Source: Eledone cirrhosa (lineage: Eukaryota). Taken from it: a stretch of 64,000 bases of DNA. Positions 13,993 to 27,630 of this stretch are shown in pieces. Made by a program: the position numbers and the translations under genes. The stretch's first letter is position 1; each line of letters starts with the position of its first letter. Location: the NCBI GenBank assembly GCA_964016885.1, contig OZ024756.1, positions 28,582,001-28,646,000 on the forward strand, read 5' to 3'. The notes under the pieces are model-generated. The model was not told the origin of the DNA. It ran no database searches and worked only from the letters and a program-made list of their open reading frames with translations.

Positions 13993-14559
13993 AATATATG
14001 AACAACCGTCCGGTTGTGGAACCAACCAACCAACTGGAAATTTATAAATTCTTAAATTTATAAATTCTTGAATTTATAAATTTAACTTATAATAAATTGA
14101 AGTGAAAGCAACTGGTGCATGTGTTTCTTATTGGCAACATGACTCTCCCAAAGTATAACAATATCGGTTTCAACACACGTTTTCAGATAAAGAATCTTAC
14201 TAAACAAATTCAAAAACGAAATATATATGTATATATATATATATGTATATGTGTGTGTGTATATGTGTGTGTGTATATGTGTGTGTGTATATGTATATGT
14301 GTGTATATATATGTGTATATGTGTGTATATGTATATCTATGTATATATATGTATATGTGTATATCTGTATATATATATATATATGTGTGTGTGTATGTTA
14401 ATATTGCTGTTACTGTTGGTGTTGTGACTTTACATCGAGTTACTATCTTAGTAATGAAATAGTTAATAATTTTAGTAAATCTCTTGAAATTCTTCTTAAT
14501 TAAAATAGCGTGTATTTCATTAGTAATGTGGTCAGGAAAGAGTTAATGTTTCTGACACT

Positions 14560-15243
14560 GCTTTTACTATTGTTGTTGTTGTTGCTGCAGTTGTTAATAT
14601 TGTTGTTGTTCTTACTGTTGTTGTTGTTCTTACTGTTGTTGTCGTTATTGCTGTTGTTATTGTTGTTTTTGTTGCTGTTGTTATTGTTACTGTTGTTGTT
14701 GCTATTGTTATTGTTACTGTTGGTGTTGTTGCTATTGTTATTGTTACTGCTGCTGTTATTGTTACTGTTGTTGTTGTTGTTACTGTTGTTCTTATTGTTA
14801 CTGTTGTTGTTGTTACTGTTGTTACTGTTATTGTTATTGTTGTTGTTGCTGTTGTTATTGTTACTGTTGTTGTTGCTATTGTTACTGTTGGTGTTGTTGC
14901 TATTGTTATTGTTACTGCTGCTGTTATTGTTACTGTTGTTGTTGTTGTTACTGTTCTTATTGTTACTGTTGTTGTTGTTACTGTTGTTACTGTTATTGTT
15001 ATTGTTGTTGTTGCTGTTGTTATTGTTACTGATGTTGTTATTGTTACTGTTGTTGTTGCTATTGTTGTTATTGTTACTGTTGTTGTTGTTACTGTTATTG
15101 TTATTGGTGTTGATGTTCTTACTGTTGTTGTTGTTGTTATTGTTACTGTTGTTGTTACTGTTGTTGATGTTCTTACTGTTGTTGTTATTGTTGTTATTAC
15201 TATTGTTTTTGTCACTGTTGCTGTTATTGTTGTTACTGTTGTG
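14560..15243. repeat. (TGT/TAT/TAC)n triplet array
   Basis: Gives artefactual poly-L and poly-T ORFs. Confidence 0.95.
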
Positions 15244-15699
15244 AATTAATCTTTAAGACCTTTCCAGAGATTAATTCATAAATTTGTCTCTCAGAAACAA
15301 AGAAACTAGTGATTAATTTTTACTAACTGTGTATGTATGTATGTGTGTATGTCCGCCTGTGTGTGTATGTGTGTATGTCCGTCTGTGTGTATGTATGTGT
15401 GTATGTCCATGTATGTGTGTATGTCCGTCTGTGTGTGTATGTGTGTCTGTGTATGTCCGTCTGTGTGTGTGTGTGTGTTAAAATTAATAGGTTTTACAAC
15501 CTATTACATGCCCTTCTTGGTGTCAACTCTTTTAGTAACCTGTTATATATCTCTGCGTATCATAAGGGACAATTAAAAGGGTTAGTGTCGGGAAAGGGAT
15601 CTGGCCACAAAAAGAGGCCAATGATGAGTATGACGCCTATCATGGGGCTTACAAAGCGACCCCTGCTCTAGTAGGGAAAATTAACTTTATAAAATTAAC

Positions 15700-16086
15700 T
15701 ACACCTCTCAAAGACAATGACACACGACCGTGACTTCTGGCGTCACGCAGTAATACAGGGTACCCGACCTCCCATGGGTACATGCTGAAGCATATAAACA
15801 ATATGCCCCCACTCCCCCCACCGCAAGGTGGTCGTGGAGGTGCCACGGCAAAAAAGCACCCAGCCCACACTGTAAAGTGGACGTGTAGGCGCCACGAAAA
15901 AGCACCCAGCACTCACTGTAAATGAGGTTGGTGTTAGGAAGGGCATCCAGCTGTAGAAATCAAGCCAGAATCAGTTCCAGTATGAGCAAGGCATGGTCAG
16001 CCGACCAGACACTGCCCACAACAGGACAACCCGTCTAACCCATGCTAGCGTGGAAGAACGGACGTAAAACGGTGATGATGATGATG
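15700..16086 (+). mobile_element. RTE LINE 3' end
   Basis: Paralogue of 225-660 with a (GAT)n tail. Confidence 0.75.
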
Positions 16087-16769
16087 CATACTAAGTTGGT
16101 ATTTTAACTTTTTAGCATTTAAACAGGCTGTTACCGGACAGAATTCTCTCACCTCTTTCTGTTCAAACTAGCCTTAACTGGCCACTCATACTGACGTTAA
16201 GGTATTGTTCTCAAAATAAATAACATCAAAGTCTCATAGATTCCATATTATGTGAGATAATTATATGAGACAAAGCCTTTACCACAAAAATACAATAGTA
16301 TATATAGAGTACTGTAAATGCTGAAAGGTTATGGCAAAGTCTACTTCCTATGGTAGGTATCGGCAAAAAAAAAAAAGAATTTGGATCATTTGTGATTGTA
16401 TGAGTTGTGTCCCTTGCTTGCATCTATGGATTTGAACATCCCTAAAGGGAGTTCTAGTCTTAGAATGGCAAGGATAGTCCAAGTTGTTTGAAGTTTGTTC
16501 CACTTGCCGTATTTAGCATGCAAGACTCTACTGAACATATAAACACCAGGTAGAACACTCCTTCAGGATATTTTTGGCACAGACCATTGCTTACACACAC
16601 ACACACATGCCTACCTATACACACACACACACACACACGCATATATGTACACACACACACACACATACATATGCCCGCATATATACACATATATGCGTGC
16701 ATATATATATACACATACACACGGCCACATATATACACACACACACACACAATATATACACATGTATAT

Positions 16770-16808
<39 letters not shown>

Positions 16809-16859
16809 TATACACGCCCATACACACACACACACATACATACGCCCACATATATACAC

Positions 16860-16895
<36 letters not shown>

Positions 16896-16927
16896 GTTCA
16901 CATATATACATACGTATGCATACACAT

Positions 16928-16968
<41 letters not shown>

Positions 16969-16985
16969 CACATGTGCTGGCATAT

Positions 16986-17047
<62 letters not shown>

Positions 17048-17129
17048 TATGAGAAATACTATCTGTATTTGGTGGCTTAGTCTGACTTAATTTACTGAGT
17101 TAAGTAGTAGACTTACTACAAACATCACC

Positions 17130-17200
17130 AACATTACCAACAGCACACTAACTTCTACTATTACTACATCACCAACAACTCTAACTACTACTACTACTAT

Positions 17201-17233
<33 letters not shown>

Positions 17234-17309
17234 CACTAATACTACCACTAACTACTACTTACTACTACTACTACTACTACTACCACTAATTACTACCACC
17301 ACCACCACT

Positions 17310-17360
<51 letters not shown>

Positions 17361-17523
17361 GCCACCACCGCCGCCACCACCACCACTACTACTACTACCG
17401 CCACCACTAACCACCACCACCACCACCACCACCACCACCACCACCACTACCACTAACCACTAACCACCACCACCACCACCACCACCACCACCACTACTAC
17501 TACTACTAATTACTACCACCACT

Positions 17524-17568
<45 letters not shown>

Positions 17569-18023
17569 GCCACCACCGCCGCCACCACCACCACTACTAC
17601 TACCACCGCCACCACTAACCACCACCACCACCACCACCACCACCACCACCACCACCACCACCACCACCACCACTACCACCACCACCACCACCACCACCAC
17701 CACCACCACTACTACCACCACCACCACTACCACTAACCACCACCACCACCACCACCACCACTACTACTACTACTATTACTACTACTACTACCACCACCAC
17801 CACCACTAACTACTACCTCCACCACCACTACCACCACTACCACTAACTACCACCACTACCACCACCACTACCACCACCACCACCACCACTACCACCACCA
17901 CCACCACCACTACTACTATTACTACTACTACTACTACTACTATTACTACTACTACTACCACCACCACCACCACCAGCAGCATTACAAACAGTACTAACTA
18001 CTACAATACCAACACCACTAACA

Positions 18024-18058
<35 letters not shown>

Positions 18059-18100
18059 GTTAGCATATCATCAACAACATTAACAACCATAACAACAACA
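17130..18100. repeat. (ACT)n/(ACC)n triplet array
   Basis: Seen directly in sequence. Confidence 0.95.
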
Positions 18101-18193
18101 AACACTTCTATCCTCTTCACTAGAACTGCTGTCAGTTACATTAAGAGAATTACTAATGTGATCAGACACTTAGACTAAGACTATATATATATA

Positions 18194-18283
18194 TACAGGG
18201 TGTCCCCAAAAAATGTATACACACATTTATTAGATTAGAATGTTGTTGATGTGTGCATTCATTTTTTTGGGGGAAATTCTGTT
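18194..18283. mobile_element. Short Tc1/mariner-like MITE remnant
   Basis: tacagggtgtccccaaaaaatg ... catttttttgggggaaattctgt imperfect inverted ends. Confidence 0.45.
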
Positions 18284-18549
18284 GTATGTATGTGTATGTA
18301 TACACATACATATATACACACACACATACATAGACATACACACATACATATACACACACACATATATGTATTCATATATATATGTATATTTATAAATATA
18401 TGTATATATATATTCATATATATATGTATATATATATTCATATATGTATGTATATTTATAAATATATATGTTTATTTATAAATATATATATATGTATATA
18501 TATATTCATATATGTATGTATATTTATAAATATATATGTTTATTTATAA

Positions 18550-18588
<39 letters not shown>

Positions 18589-18610
18589 CATACATATGTA
18601 TATTATATAT

Positions 18611-18757
18611 AATTGTTTCTACTTTTGGCACAAGGCCAGCAATAACCCAGTGTATTACTGGTACTTTATTTTATCGACCCCATAAGGATGAAAGGCAAAG
18701 TTAACCTCGGCGGGATTTTAACTCAGAATGGCAAGGGCCGTAACTCTATGCGTCAAA
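18611..18757 (-). mobile_element. tRNA-derived SINE (family B)
   Basis: Reverse complement of gaggttaactttgcctttcatcctta.ggggtcgataaaataaagtaccag...ggccttgtgccaaaagtagaaacaatt. Confidence 0.8.
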
Positions 18758-19022
18758 GTATATTATATCTGTGTATATTATATATAACATATGTATATTA
18801 TATCATCATCATCATCGTTTAACGCTAGTATGGGTTAAACGGGAGTTGTGCCACTTGAGGCAAGGTTGGTCGGGTGACCGTGTCTCGCTCATATAGGACT
18901 ATCTGGCAGGCTTTCTACGGCTGGATGCCCTTCCTAACACCTAACACCAACCACATTTACAGTGTGGAACTGAGAACTTTTTACCGTGTTACCTACATGT
19001 ATATATATACATATGTATATTA

Positions 19023-19657
19023 TATCACCTTGACCGACCAGTCTGTCGGGTGCCAATCGGCGCTGCTGGTCACAGCACGTCGTGCTGTTTTAGCCATAAG
19101 ATAACGCCATCCCACTGGCTGGGCGGGCAGGCCAGTACTCATTTCTACAGCTGAGTCAACTGGAGCAACGTGAAATAAAGTGTCTTGCTCAAGGAAACAA
19201 CACATCACCCGGTCCGAGAATTGAACTCACAACCTTTCGATTGCAAGCCCGATTCTTTAACCACTAATCCATGCGCCTTCACGTATATTATATATACATA
19301 CATACATCATTTCATTTTCATCATCATTTCATTTTACGTCCGCTTTTTCCCTGCTTGCAAGGGTGGGACGGGAACTGATTTTGGCTTGATTTCTACAGCT
19401 GGATGCCCTTCCTAACACCAACCTCATTTACAGTGAGTGCTGGGTGCTTTTTTGCCGTGGCACCTCCACGACCACTTTGCAGTGGAATGATATGGACCTC
19501 AGTCCCTATCATCTCATTTCTACAGCTGAGTAAACTGGAGCAATGTGAAATAAAGTGTCTTGCTCAAGGAAACAACACACCACCCGGTCTGAGAATTGAA
19601 CTCACAACTCACTTTTGATTGCAAGGCCAATGCTCTAACCACTAAGCCATGTGCCTC
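19023..19657 (-). mobile_element. Two adjacent SINEs: a family A variant with a different 3' end (19023-19280) and family A (19311-19657)
   Basis: Shared tRNA head and central domain; the 3' halves differ. Confidence 0.8.
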
Positions 19658-19660
19658 CAT

Positions 19661-19726
<66 letters not shown>

Positions 19727-19785
19727 ATATATATTTATGCATACACACACACTACCCTTTCCAGTGTTTCACTTGTTGTGGTTGT

Positions 19786-19829
<44 letters not shown>

Positions 19830-19946
19830 TTGCTGCTGCACTTCTTCACATTCCTCTGTGTTACATTGGATCTAGTTAGGTTTTGTTAGTATTTTATATC
19901 ACCTAGTGCTGGAGAGGGTACATATGTATGTATGTATGTATTCATT

Positions 19947-19977
<31 letters not shown>

Positions 19978-20182
19978 CTATATATGTGTGTGTGTGTCCA
20001 TGTGTGTGTGTGTGTCTATATGTGTGTGTGTGTGTCTATATATGTGTGTATGTGTCTATATATGTGTGTGTATGTGTCTATATATATGTGTGTGTGTATG
20101 TGTTTATATATATGTGTGTGTGTCTATATATATATGTGTGTGTGTGTGTATATATATATGTATATATATATATATATATATA

Positions 20183-20600
20183 TCATCATCATCATCATCA
20201 ACGTTTAACGTCCGTGTTCCACGCTTGCATGGGTTTGGACGGGGGTATTCCCACTTGAGGCACGAGTGATTGTCTTGCTCGCATAGGACTGTCTGGCAGG
20301 TTTTCTACAGCTGGATGCCCTTCCTAACACCAACCACATTTACAGTGTGGGTCTGGGAGGTTTTTACCGTGTTGCCTACACGGCCACATTACAGCGTGGA
20401 CTGTGTGTTTTTTTGTCGTACACCTACACGACCTCATTTGTTTCGGCCTGGATGTTGTGGCACCAACATAACTTTACATAGAAGGGGGTGGTGTGGATGG
20501 GGTGGGGGTGGTGGGACGGGGTGTATTTTGTTAGAGATGCCTACTGGCTGTAGTAGGTTTTACTATGTATTTAGGTAAGGCGGGTCTTCTCTGTTACTGT
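20183..20600 (-). mobile_element. RTE LINE 3' end
   Basis: Inverted near-copy of about 9900-10315. Confidence 0.75.
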
Positions 20601-20620
20601 TATATATATATATATATATA

Positions 20621-21020
20621 GTTATGGCCCTTTACGTTCTGAGTTCAAATCCCACCGAGGTTAACTTTGTCTTTCATCCTTAAGGGGGTCGATAAAATGA
20701 AGTACCAGTAATGCACTGGGTAATTGCTGGCCTTGTGCCAAAAGTAGAAACAATTATTATTTTCATCAACAGGTAAAGCACGTGAGGGAGTGCCAGTGGT
20801 TGTAGAATAGAATCGGTAGAGTGTCGGACACGATGCTTTGTGGGCATATAGTTAGAGTCCTTTAACATTCTGTGTTCAAATCTCGCTGAGGTTAGCTTTG
20901 CCTTTCGTGCTTACAGGGTCGATAAAATGAAGCAGCAGTAATGTACTGGGGTTGATTTAATCAACTTCCCGCCTTCCTCTCCACCAAAATTGTTGGCCTT
21001 GTGCCTGAATCAGAAATTAT
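20621..21020 (+). mobile_element. Two SINE family B copies
   Basis: B-box gagttcaaatccc and the conserved cctttcatcctt...ggggtcgataaaat central domain. Confidence 0.8.
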
Positions 21021-21294
21021 CATCTTTTCAGATGTAAAAACACATCTCCTTTTGCAGTTGTAATTCCTTCAAAAACAGATTTTTTGTTAGTTAGTCTTTG
21101 TGTAACAAACACCAGTTTACTCCACCGCTCTCACTCCCTCTTCCCTGACCATTTTGTAATTAATTAATTATTTAATTAAGTTTTTGTGTTAATAGAAATG
21201 AAGTCCATTATTTCTTCAGTCTGCTGAATATCATTTGTAAAAAGACAATTTAGTATTCTTGAATTATAGCTATTTAAATTGCTATATACACTTG

Positions 21295-21590
21295 ATTCTT
21301 CTTTTTCTTTTTTTTTTCTTCTTGTTCTTTTTCTTTTTCTTTTTTCTTCTTGTTCCTTTTCTTTTTCATTTTCTTCTTTTTCTTTCTTTTTCTTCTTCTC
21401 CATTTCTTCTCCTTCTTCTCCTTCTCCTTCTTCTTCTTCTCCTTCTTCTTCTTCTTTGTCTTCTTCTTCTTTGCCTTCTTTTTCTTCTTCTTTGCCTTCT
21501 TTTTCTTCTTCTTTGCCTTCTTCTTCTTTGCCTTCTTCTTCTTTGCCTTCTTCTTCTTTGCCTTCTTCTTTGCCTTCTTCTTCTTTGCCT
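21295..21590. repeat. (TTC)n / ttgccttcttc polypyrimidine array
   Basis: Seen directly in sequence. Confidence 0.9.
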
Positions 21591-21917
21591 TCTCCCTGAG
21601 AGGCTCGTGGGGGGCAGAGTCCTCAAACACTCAAGCAAGACTAGCCAAGCTCATCTTGCTCGGGGTCTATCCCTGAGACTCTTGCCGGTTGTTTTGTTTT
21701 TTTTGCCCGTAAAATCTGTCCATCGATTTTTTTTCTTTTTTTTTCTTTCTTTTTTTTTTCTTTCTTTTTTTTTTCTTTTTTTTTTTTTCTTCCTCCTGAG
21801 ACATTCTAACCACATGCCAATAGTATCGGAGCTGTGATCTCTCAATTCGGAGAAGTAGTGGCTCTACCTGGAGTGACTCTCTGATCTCCGAGCTACGCAC
21901 TCTATCAAGTAACATTA
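21590..21917 (-). mobile_element. RTE-like LINE 3' fragment split by a poly-T tract
   Basis: LDRVRSSEIRESLQVEPLLLRIERSQLRYYWHVVRM resembles the RTE post-RT LRW.GHV.RM motif. Confidence 0.6.
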
Positions 21918-22151
21918 CACTTGTTTAAAAGTGAAATTCTTTTAGGTTAAATTTCCCAGACCTTTGCTTACTGAATGGTGTGGAACTAATCAAATTGGAC
22001 CAAGGAAACAATGTTTCCATTGGTGATACTATTTACTGGTAGCAACTCCCGCCAGAAGGAGCAATGTCGAATAAAGTGTCTTGCTCAAGGATATAACACC
22101 TCACCCGGTCAGGGAATGGAACTCACAACTTAATGATTGTGAATCTAACGT

Positions 22152-22770
22152 TGACCCAGGCTGTCGAAAGTTAACATAGAGGTATTTCAGGTGACCCAGG
22201 CTGTTGAAGGTTAACGTAGAGGTATTTGAGGTGACTCAGGCTGTTGAAGGTTAACGTAGAGGTATTTGAGGTGACCCAGGCTGTTGAAAGTTAATATAGA
22301 GGTATTTCAGGTAACCCAGGCTGTTGAAGGTTAACGTAGAGGAATTTGAGGTGACTCAGGCTGTTGAAGGTTAACGTAGAGGTATTTGAGGTGACCCAGG
22401 CTGTTGAAAGTTAATATAGAGGTATTTCAGGTAACCCAGGCTGTTGAAGGTTAACGTAGAGGAATTTGAGGTGACCCAGGCTGTTGAAAGTTAAGATAGA
22501 TATTTAAGGTGACCTAGGCTGTTGAAAGTTAACATAGAGGTATTTGAGGTGACCCAGGCTGTTGAAAGTTAAGATAGAGGTATTTAAGGTGACCCAGGCT
22601 GTTGAAGGTTAACGTAGAGGAATTTGAGGTGACCCAGGCTGTTGAAAGTTAACGTGGAGGTATTTGAGGTGACCCAGGCTGTTGAAAGTTAAAATATAGA
22701 TTTTTGAAGTGACCCAGGCTGTTGAAAGTTAAGATAGAGGTATTTGGAACAAACTAAGATGTTGAAGGTT
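22152..22770. repeat. 40 bp minisatellite (gtgacccaggctgttgaaggttaacgtagaggtatttgag), about 15 copies
   Basis: Contains an exact 120 bp higher-order duplication: 22231-22350 = 22351-22470. Confidence 0.95.
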
Positions 22771-23129
22771 GAAATAAACTTATTTGGGGTGAACAAGTGT
22801 TATTTAGGGATAACACAGTCATTTGCGATTAATGAGGTAGGTTGAAGGTGAATAATAATATTTAGGGTTAACAAATGCTGTGTGAAAATACCCTAACAAT
22901 GTTTACAGATTCTCTCAGTATTGTTATTTTCTGGAACGTGCCTATGTCTAGGAACTTTAATCAAAAGGAAGTTATTGTATTGATTAAAGCTAGATATTCT
23001 CAGACAGATAGCTTCTTTCAGCACATGAACACTAGTTGCTGTTGTTGTTTAATTTCTATGTGTTATTGTCTATTTCTTCAAGCATTATCTTTTATATATT
23101 ATAGTGTTGTTGTTGTTGTTATGAGGGTA

Positions 23130-25055
23130 GTGGACTGGCAGTCAGTCATTGGTGTCGGACAAATGCTTAGCAGTATTTGTTCTGGTTCTTTATGTTCTGA
23201 GTTCAAATCCTGCTGAGGTCAACTTTGTCTTTTAGCCATTTAGCCTTCCAAGGCCAATAAAATTTTGTACCAGTCAAGTACTGGGGGGTCGATATAATCA
23301 ATTCTTTCCCCACCCCACCCCACCCTCAGAAATTTCTGGCCTTGTGTCCATGTTAGGAACCATTATTAAGAAATCCCACCGAGGTTAATTTTGCTTTTCA
23401 TTTTTACAGGGTCAATAAAATAAAGTACCAGTAATACACTGGGATAATTGCTGGCCTTGTGCCAAAAGTAGAAACAATTATTAAGTGAAGAGGGCAGTGA
23501 ATTTACAGTATCAGTAGTGTTCCTCAAAAGATATTTTGAGTTCAAACCTTGCTTAGGACAACTTTGCCTTACATCCTTCTGGGGTCAATATAATCGACTT
23601 TCCCCTTCCTTCAAATGTCTCTCTGGCCTTGTGTCGCTGTTAGAAAGGGGAGCTGTGTTACTGGTGAGCCGGTGCTGTCAAGATTTAAGTTGATTCACAC
23701 ATATATTAAAAGTTATTTCATACGCATGACTTATGTGAAAGAATGGGAGAAAAAAATATCTAGTTTTTTTCTATTCCTCAAAACTGGATGAATTGAAATG
23801 AAAGAGAGGGGTAGCTTCCTAGATAGAGAGATAACTGGCCATTGGAATCCTTCTAAATATATGTTTTTAAGAAATTAGTCACCAATATTGTATAAGTGTT
23901 GTCTGTTTTATTATAAACACTGTTATTTTTACCCTACTTATCTCTCATTTCACATCTTTCTCTCTTTCATTCTCTTAGCGGATTAGCAGTATCGGTAGAG
24001 GGTCGGCTGCCATGCTTTGCAGCATAGAGTTACGGCCCTTTATGATCTGAGTTCAAATCCCACCGAGGTTAGCTTTGCCTTTCATCCTTACGGGGTCGAT
24101 AAAATAAAGTACCAGTCATGAGCTGGGGTCGATCTAATCGACTTTCCCCTCCCCAAAAATTGCTGGCCTTGTGCCGAAATAAGAAACCATTCTCTTTCTA
24201 TTTGTGATGTCAAACCCTCTGTTTTCCTTCCCCCTTTAGTTTTCCTTTATTGATATCTCTCTCTTTCTCTCAACATACCAACTGAGTGTCTATGAGGAAA
24301 CAGAAAGAAAGAATTTGTTAGTAAAGTCATAAGAGTGAAAAAAAGGGGGAGATAAAAATATAAATGGATAGCAAAAGAGAGAGAGAAATTTTATAAAAGG
24401 TTATGCTCAATAAAATAAATATATATACCTACAGTTATAAGATACATATTATTATATTGGGTGACTTTGCCTTTCATCCTTACGGGGTCGATAAACTAAA
24501 GTACCAGTAATGAACTGGGTAATTGCTGGCCTTGTGCCTAAAGTAGAAACAATTATTATTATTATATTGTCCCCTTGTGGCCAATAAGGAAATAATAATA
24601 ATAATAATAATGATTATTATTATTATTATTGATGGTGGATTGGCAGTATCGGTAGAGGGTCGGACGCCATGCTTTGACGCATAGAGTTACGGCCCTTGCC
24701 ATTCTGAGTTCAAATCCCGCCGAGGTTAACTTTGCCTTTCATTCTTACCGGGTCGATAAAATAAAGTACCAGTAATGCACTGGGTAATTGCTGGCCTTGT
24801 GCCAAAAAGTAGAAACAATTATTATTATTGAGGGTGATGGATTGGCAGTATCGGTAGAGCATCAGTCAGTATGTTTTGTGGCATAGTGTTACGTCCATTT
24901 ATGTTCTGAGTTCAAATCCCACCGAGGTTAGCTTTGCCTTTCATCCTTACAGGGTTGATAAATAAAACACCAGTAATGCACTGGGGGCGATTTAATCGAC
25001 TTTCCCCTCCCCTTCAAATTGCTGGCCTTGTGCCTAAAGTAGAAACAATTATTAT
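23130..25055 (+). mobile_element. Cluster of about 7 SINE family B copies or fragments
   Basis: Copies near 23130, 23372, 23530, 23975, 24461, 24632 and 24833 share the head, B box, central domain and (ATT)n tail. Confidence 0.8.
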
Positions 25056-25929
25056 TAGTTGTTGTTATTCAAGCAGTTGATTGGCAGAATTGTTAATGTC
25101 AGACAAGGTTTTTTTTTTAAAAACCCTAATAGTTAAATTGTTGTGAGGGATGAGTGGCTTAATAAATTTAAAAGGGTTACAATGAAAATTCTATCTTTTA
25201 CATAAAGTAAGATGAATTTTTTAAAATGCTTTAATGAAAATTTGCATTTTCCCAGAAATGCAAATGGTTTTACTTGAACATCTTTTTTATAATGTTTTTA
25301 TAAAAAATAATTTTAATGATAAAAAAAAGATAAACACAAGTGTTTTAAGGGCATTTCCCCCCTGTTAAATCAGGGATTAATTCTGCAGCCTCTGATAAGC
25401 TTCATAATTATCACTGGGTCTTTTTTACAGCCAGATGTCCTTGCTGGCACCAGCCTTTTTAGTTGCCTCTTATGAGATATAGGGACATGGTGTACCTATT
25501 TTAAACTGAATACATATAGTATAGATTTAAAAAAAATTAAATAAGATTAAAATATAAATTTTGTGTTGGCAGGAATAAAAATGAATTTTTTAATTTAAAA
25601 ATTAAAAAGTATTAAATGAAAATTTCAGTTAAATTTTTTAATTAAAAATTAAAAATTAAGGTTGTAACAAGAAAATTTGTAATGCCCTGGGAAGAGCAAT
25701 TAATTTTCCAAATTAAAAAAAAAATTATAATATAATAATTTTTTTTATGAATAATTATATTTTATTAATTATAAAATACTAATTGTTTAGCAGTATGAAA
25801 TATATATATATTTTTTAATGGGGCCTTGTCCAATGGCAGTTAATTTGAATGTGACCTTCAAACATGAAAATTCCTCTAGCCCTTCCTGCTAGTTGACGTG
25901 TAGCTTCAATATTAGACTAGTGGTTAAGG

Positions 25930-26388
25930 CAGCATTTCTCAATCTTTTCTCCTGTGTGGAACCCTTGAAATATTTTTCATGATTCTGGGAACCCCTGCAA
26001 AAAATATATTATGTACTAAATATTAATATCTATCTCTTTTATATTTTTATAAATAATATTAAGGGCTGAAGGCTTTATTATAATTGTTTCTAATTTTGGC
26101 AGAAGGCCAGCAATTACCCCAGTGCATTACTGGTACTTATTTTATCAACCCCGTAAGGATGAAAGGCAAAGTTAACCTCGGTGGGATTTGAACTCAGAAG
26201 CCTTTATTATAATGACCAAGGATTTCCAAACAATATGCTGTATGTGTATAGTAAAATTACGAATATAAAATTAAACAAAAACTACTCAAAAATGCCTTAG
26301 CTTATTTATCACTGTTTCTCGTGGAGCCCCTTGTGACCTCTTGCAGAACCCTAGGGTTCTGGGCAGAAACACCAGTTGAGAAACACTG
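25930..26388. mobile_element. hAT-like MITE with 8 bp TSD, containing a nested SINE B
   Basis: TIRs cagcatttctcaa and ttgagaaacactg. TSD ggttaagg at 25922-25929 and 26389-26396. Confidence 0.85.
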
Positions 26389-26960
26389 GGTTAAGGCGTT
26401 GGACCTACAGTCATAAATGTATGTGTCTTAATTCCTGGATTTGGCTATGTGTGATGTTCTTGAGTGCAAGATACCCGTGTTGTTTAATAGGATTGGGGAC
26501 TGTGTATCATTAAAACACTCTGTAAACCTCCCATGAGAGACATCTCTGTAAGAGACCAGCTGAACCTACAAACGTACCAGTTGTAAATTTCATTTTTCAT
26601 TTCATTTCCAACAGAAAAATACTCACCATCACTGCCACCACCACCACCACCACCACCACCACCACCACCGGATATAACTTCAATGCATCTTCTCCCACAT
26701 GTTACATAACAGTTAATGCCAGGGTGGCCTTCCCACATGAAAATGCACACTCCTATCCCCCTCCCCTTCCCCCACATACACAACCTGTTACATGATAGTT
26801 AACCATTTGATGCCAACCCAACAGAAACCAGCTGTTTCTATGGAACAAAACCATCCATTGAAAATGGATAATATTTAAATTAAAATCTTCTTACAACAAT
26901 TTTATATCAGAACCATTGTTAAGTTACTATCTTTAGTCATGAAATGATTAATATTTTTAT

Positions 26961-27189
26961 TTAACCCTTTAGCATTTATATGATTCTATATTTACTATTA
27001 TATTTTCAGAGTAAAGGGTTTATCTTACATAATTATCTCACATAATATTGAATCTATGAGATTTCAGTATTGTGTATTTTGAGAACAATACCGTAACATA
27101 AGTATAAGCAGCAGGTTATGGCTGGTTTGAACAGAAAGAGGTGAGAGAATTCTGGCTGGATATGGTCGCTTTAAATGTTAAAGGGTTAA
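26961..27189. mobile_element. piggyBac-like MITE
   Basis: TTAA-ccctttagcattta ... taaatgttaaaggg-TTAA. Confidence 0.85.
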
Positions 27190-27323
27190 GTCTCTGAAAA
27201 TTCTTTGTTAATTACCATATTTACTGGCCTATTGGATGCTCCTTCGTATAAGACACCCCTGCTTTTATGAATTTGAGGTAGCGGCTATAGTCACATACCT
27301 AGCTTCAGCAAAAACAAAGGGAA

Positions 27324-27368
27324 ATAACCGACGATCGTTTCTCACTGTTTCGCGGTTATCAAGGTTAT
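27324..27368 (-). ncRNA. Minimal type I hammerhead, U3-A8 core variant
   Basis: AUAACC-UUGAUAA-c-CGC-gaaaca-GUG-a-GAAA-CGAUCG-UC|GGUUAU. Stem I 6 bp, palindromic stem III ACGAUCGU, GUC site. Confidence 0.65.
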
Positions 27369-27594
27369 ATATTGCCTCTGTTTTAAACTTTTTTTATAGT
27401 TTGGAGCAAATTAGATTTTATAATTCACTTATTGAAAAAATAACTTTCGTTTTATTTACATTTTTTTTCCTTCATATTTCTTGGTAGCAATGTTTTTTTT
27501 GTTGTTTGTTTGTATAATTTTTCCTTTTCTTTTTCTCTTTCTCTCTACTTGAGTCGAGAGCTATTTTTATTTGATAATTATAGATTTCAGCATG

Positions 27595-27630
<36 letters not shown>

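Larger units (their letters stand above)
12509..14220. mobile_element. Penelope-like element (C-terminal GIY-YIG type) as an inverted, doubly 5'-truncated insertion
   Basis: Inverted arms 12511-13265 and 13393-14161 around a 127 bp spacer. Each arm has a GIY-YIG ORF end and a hammerhead motif. The right arm extends to about 14220 (homologous to 29715-29770). Confidence 0.9.

Noticed and set aside
14510-15244. Poly-L / mucin-like poly-T ORFs
   Set aside because: Triplet microsatellite with no splice or coding evidence.
21259-21845. K/R-rich protamine- or histone-like ORFs
   Set aside because: Translations of a (TTC)n array.
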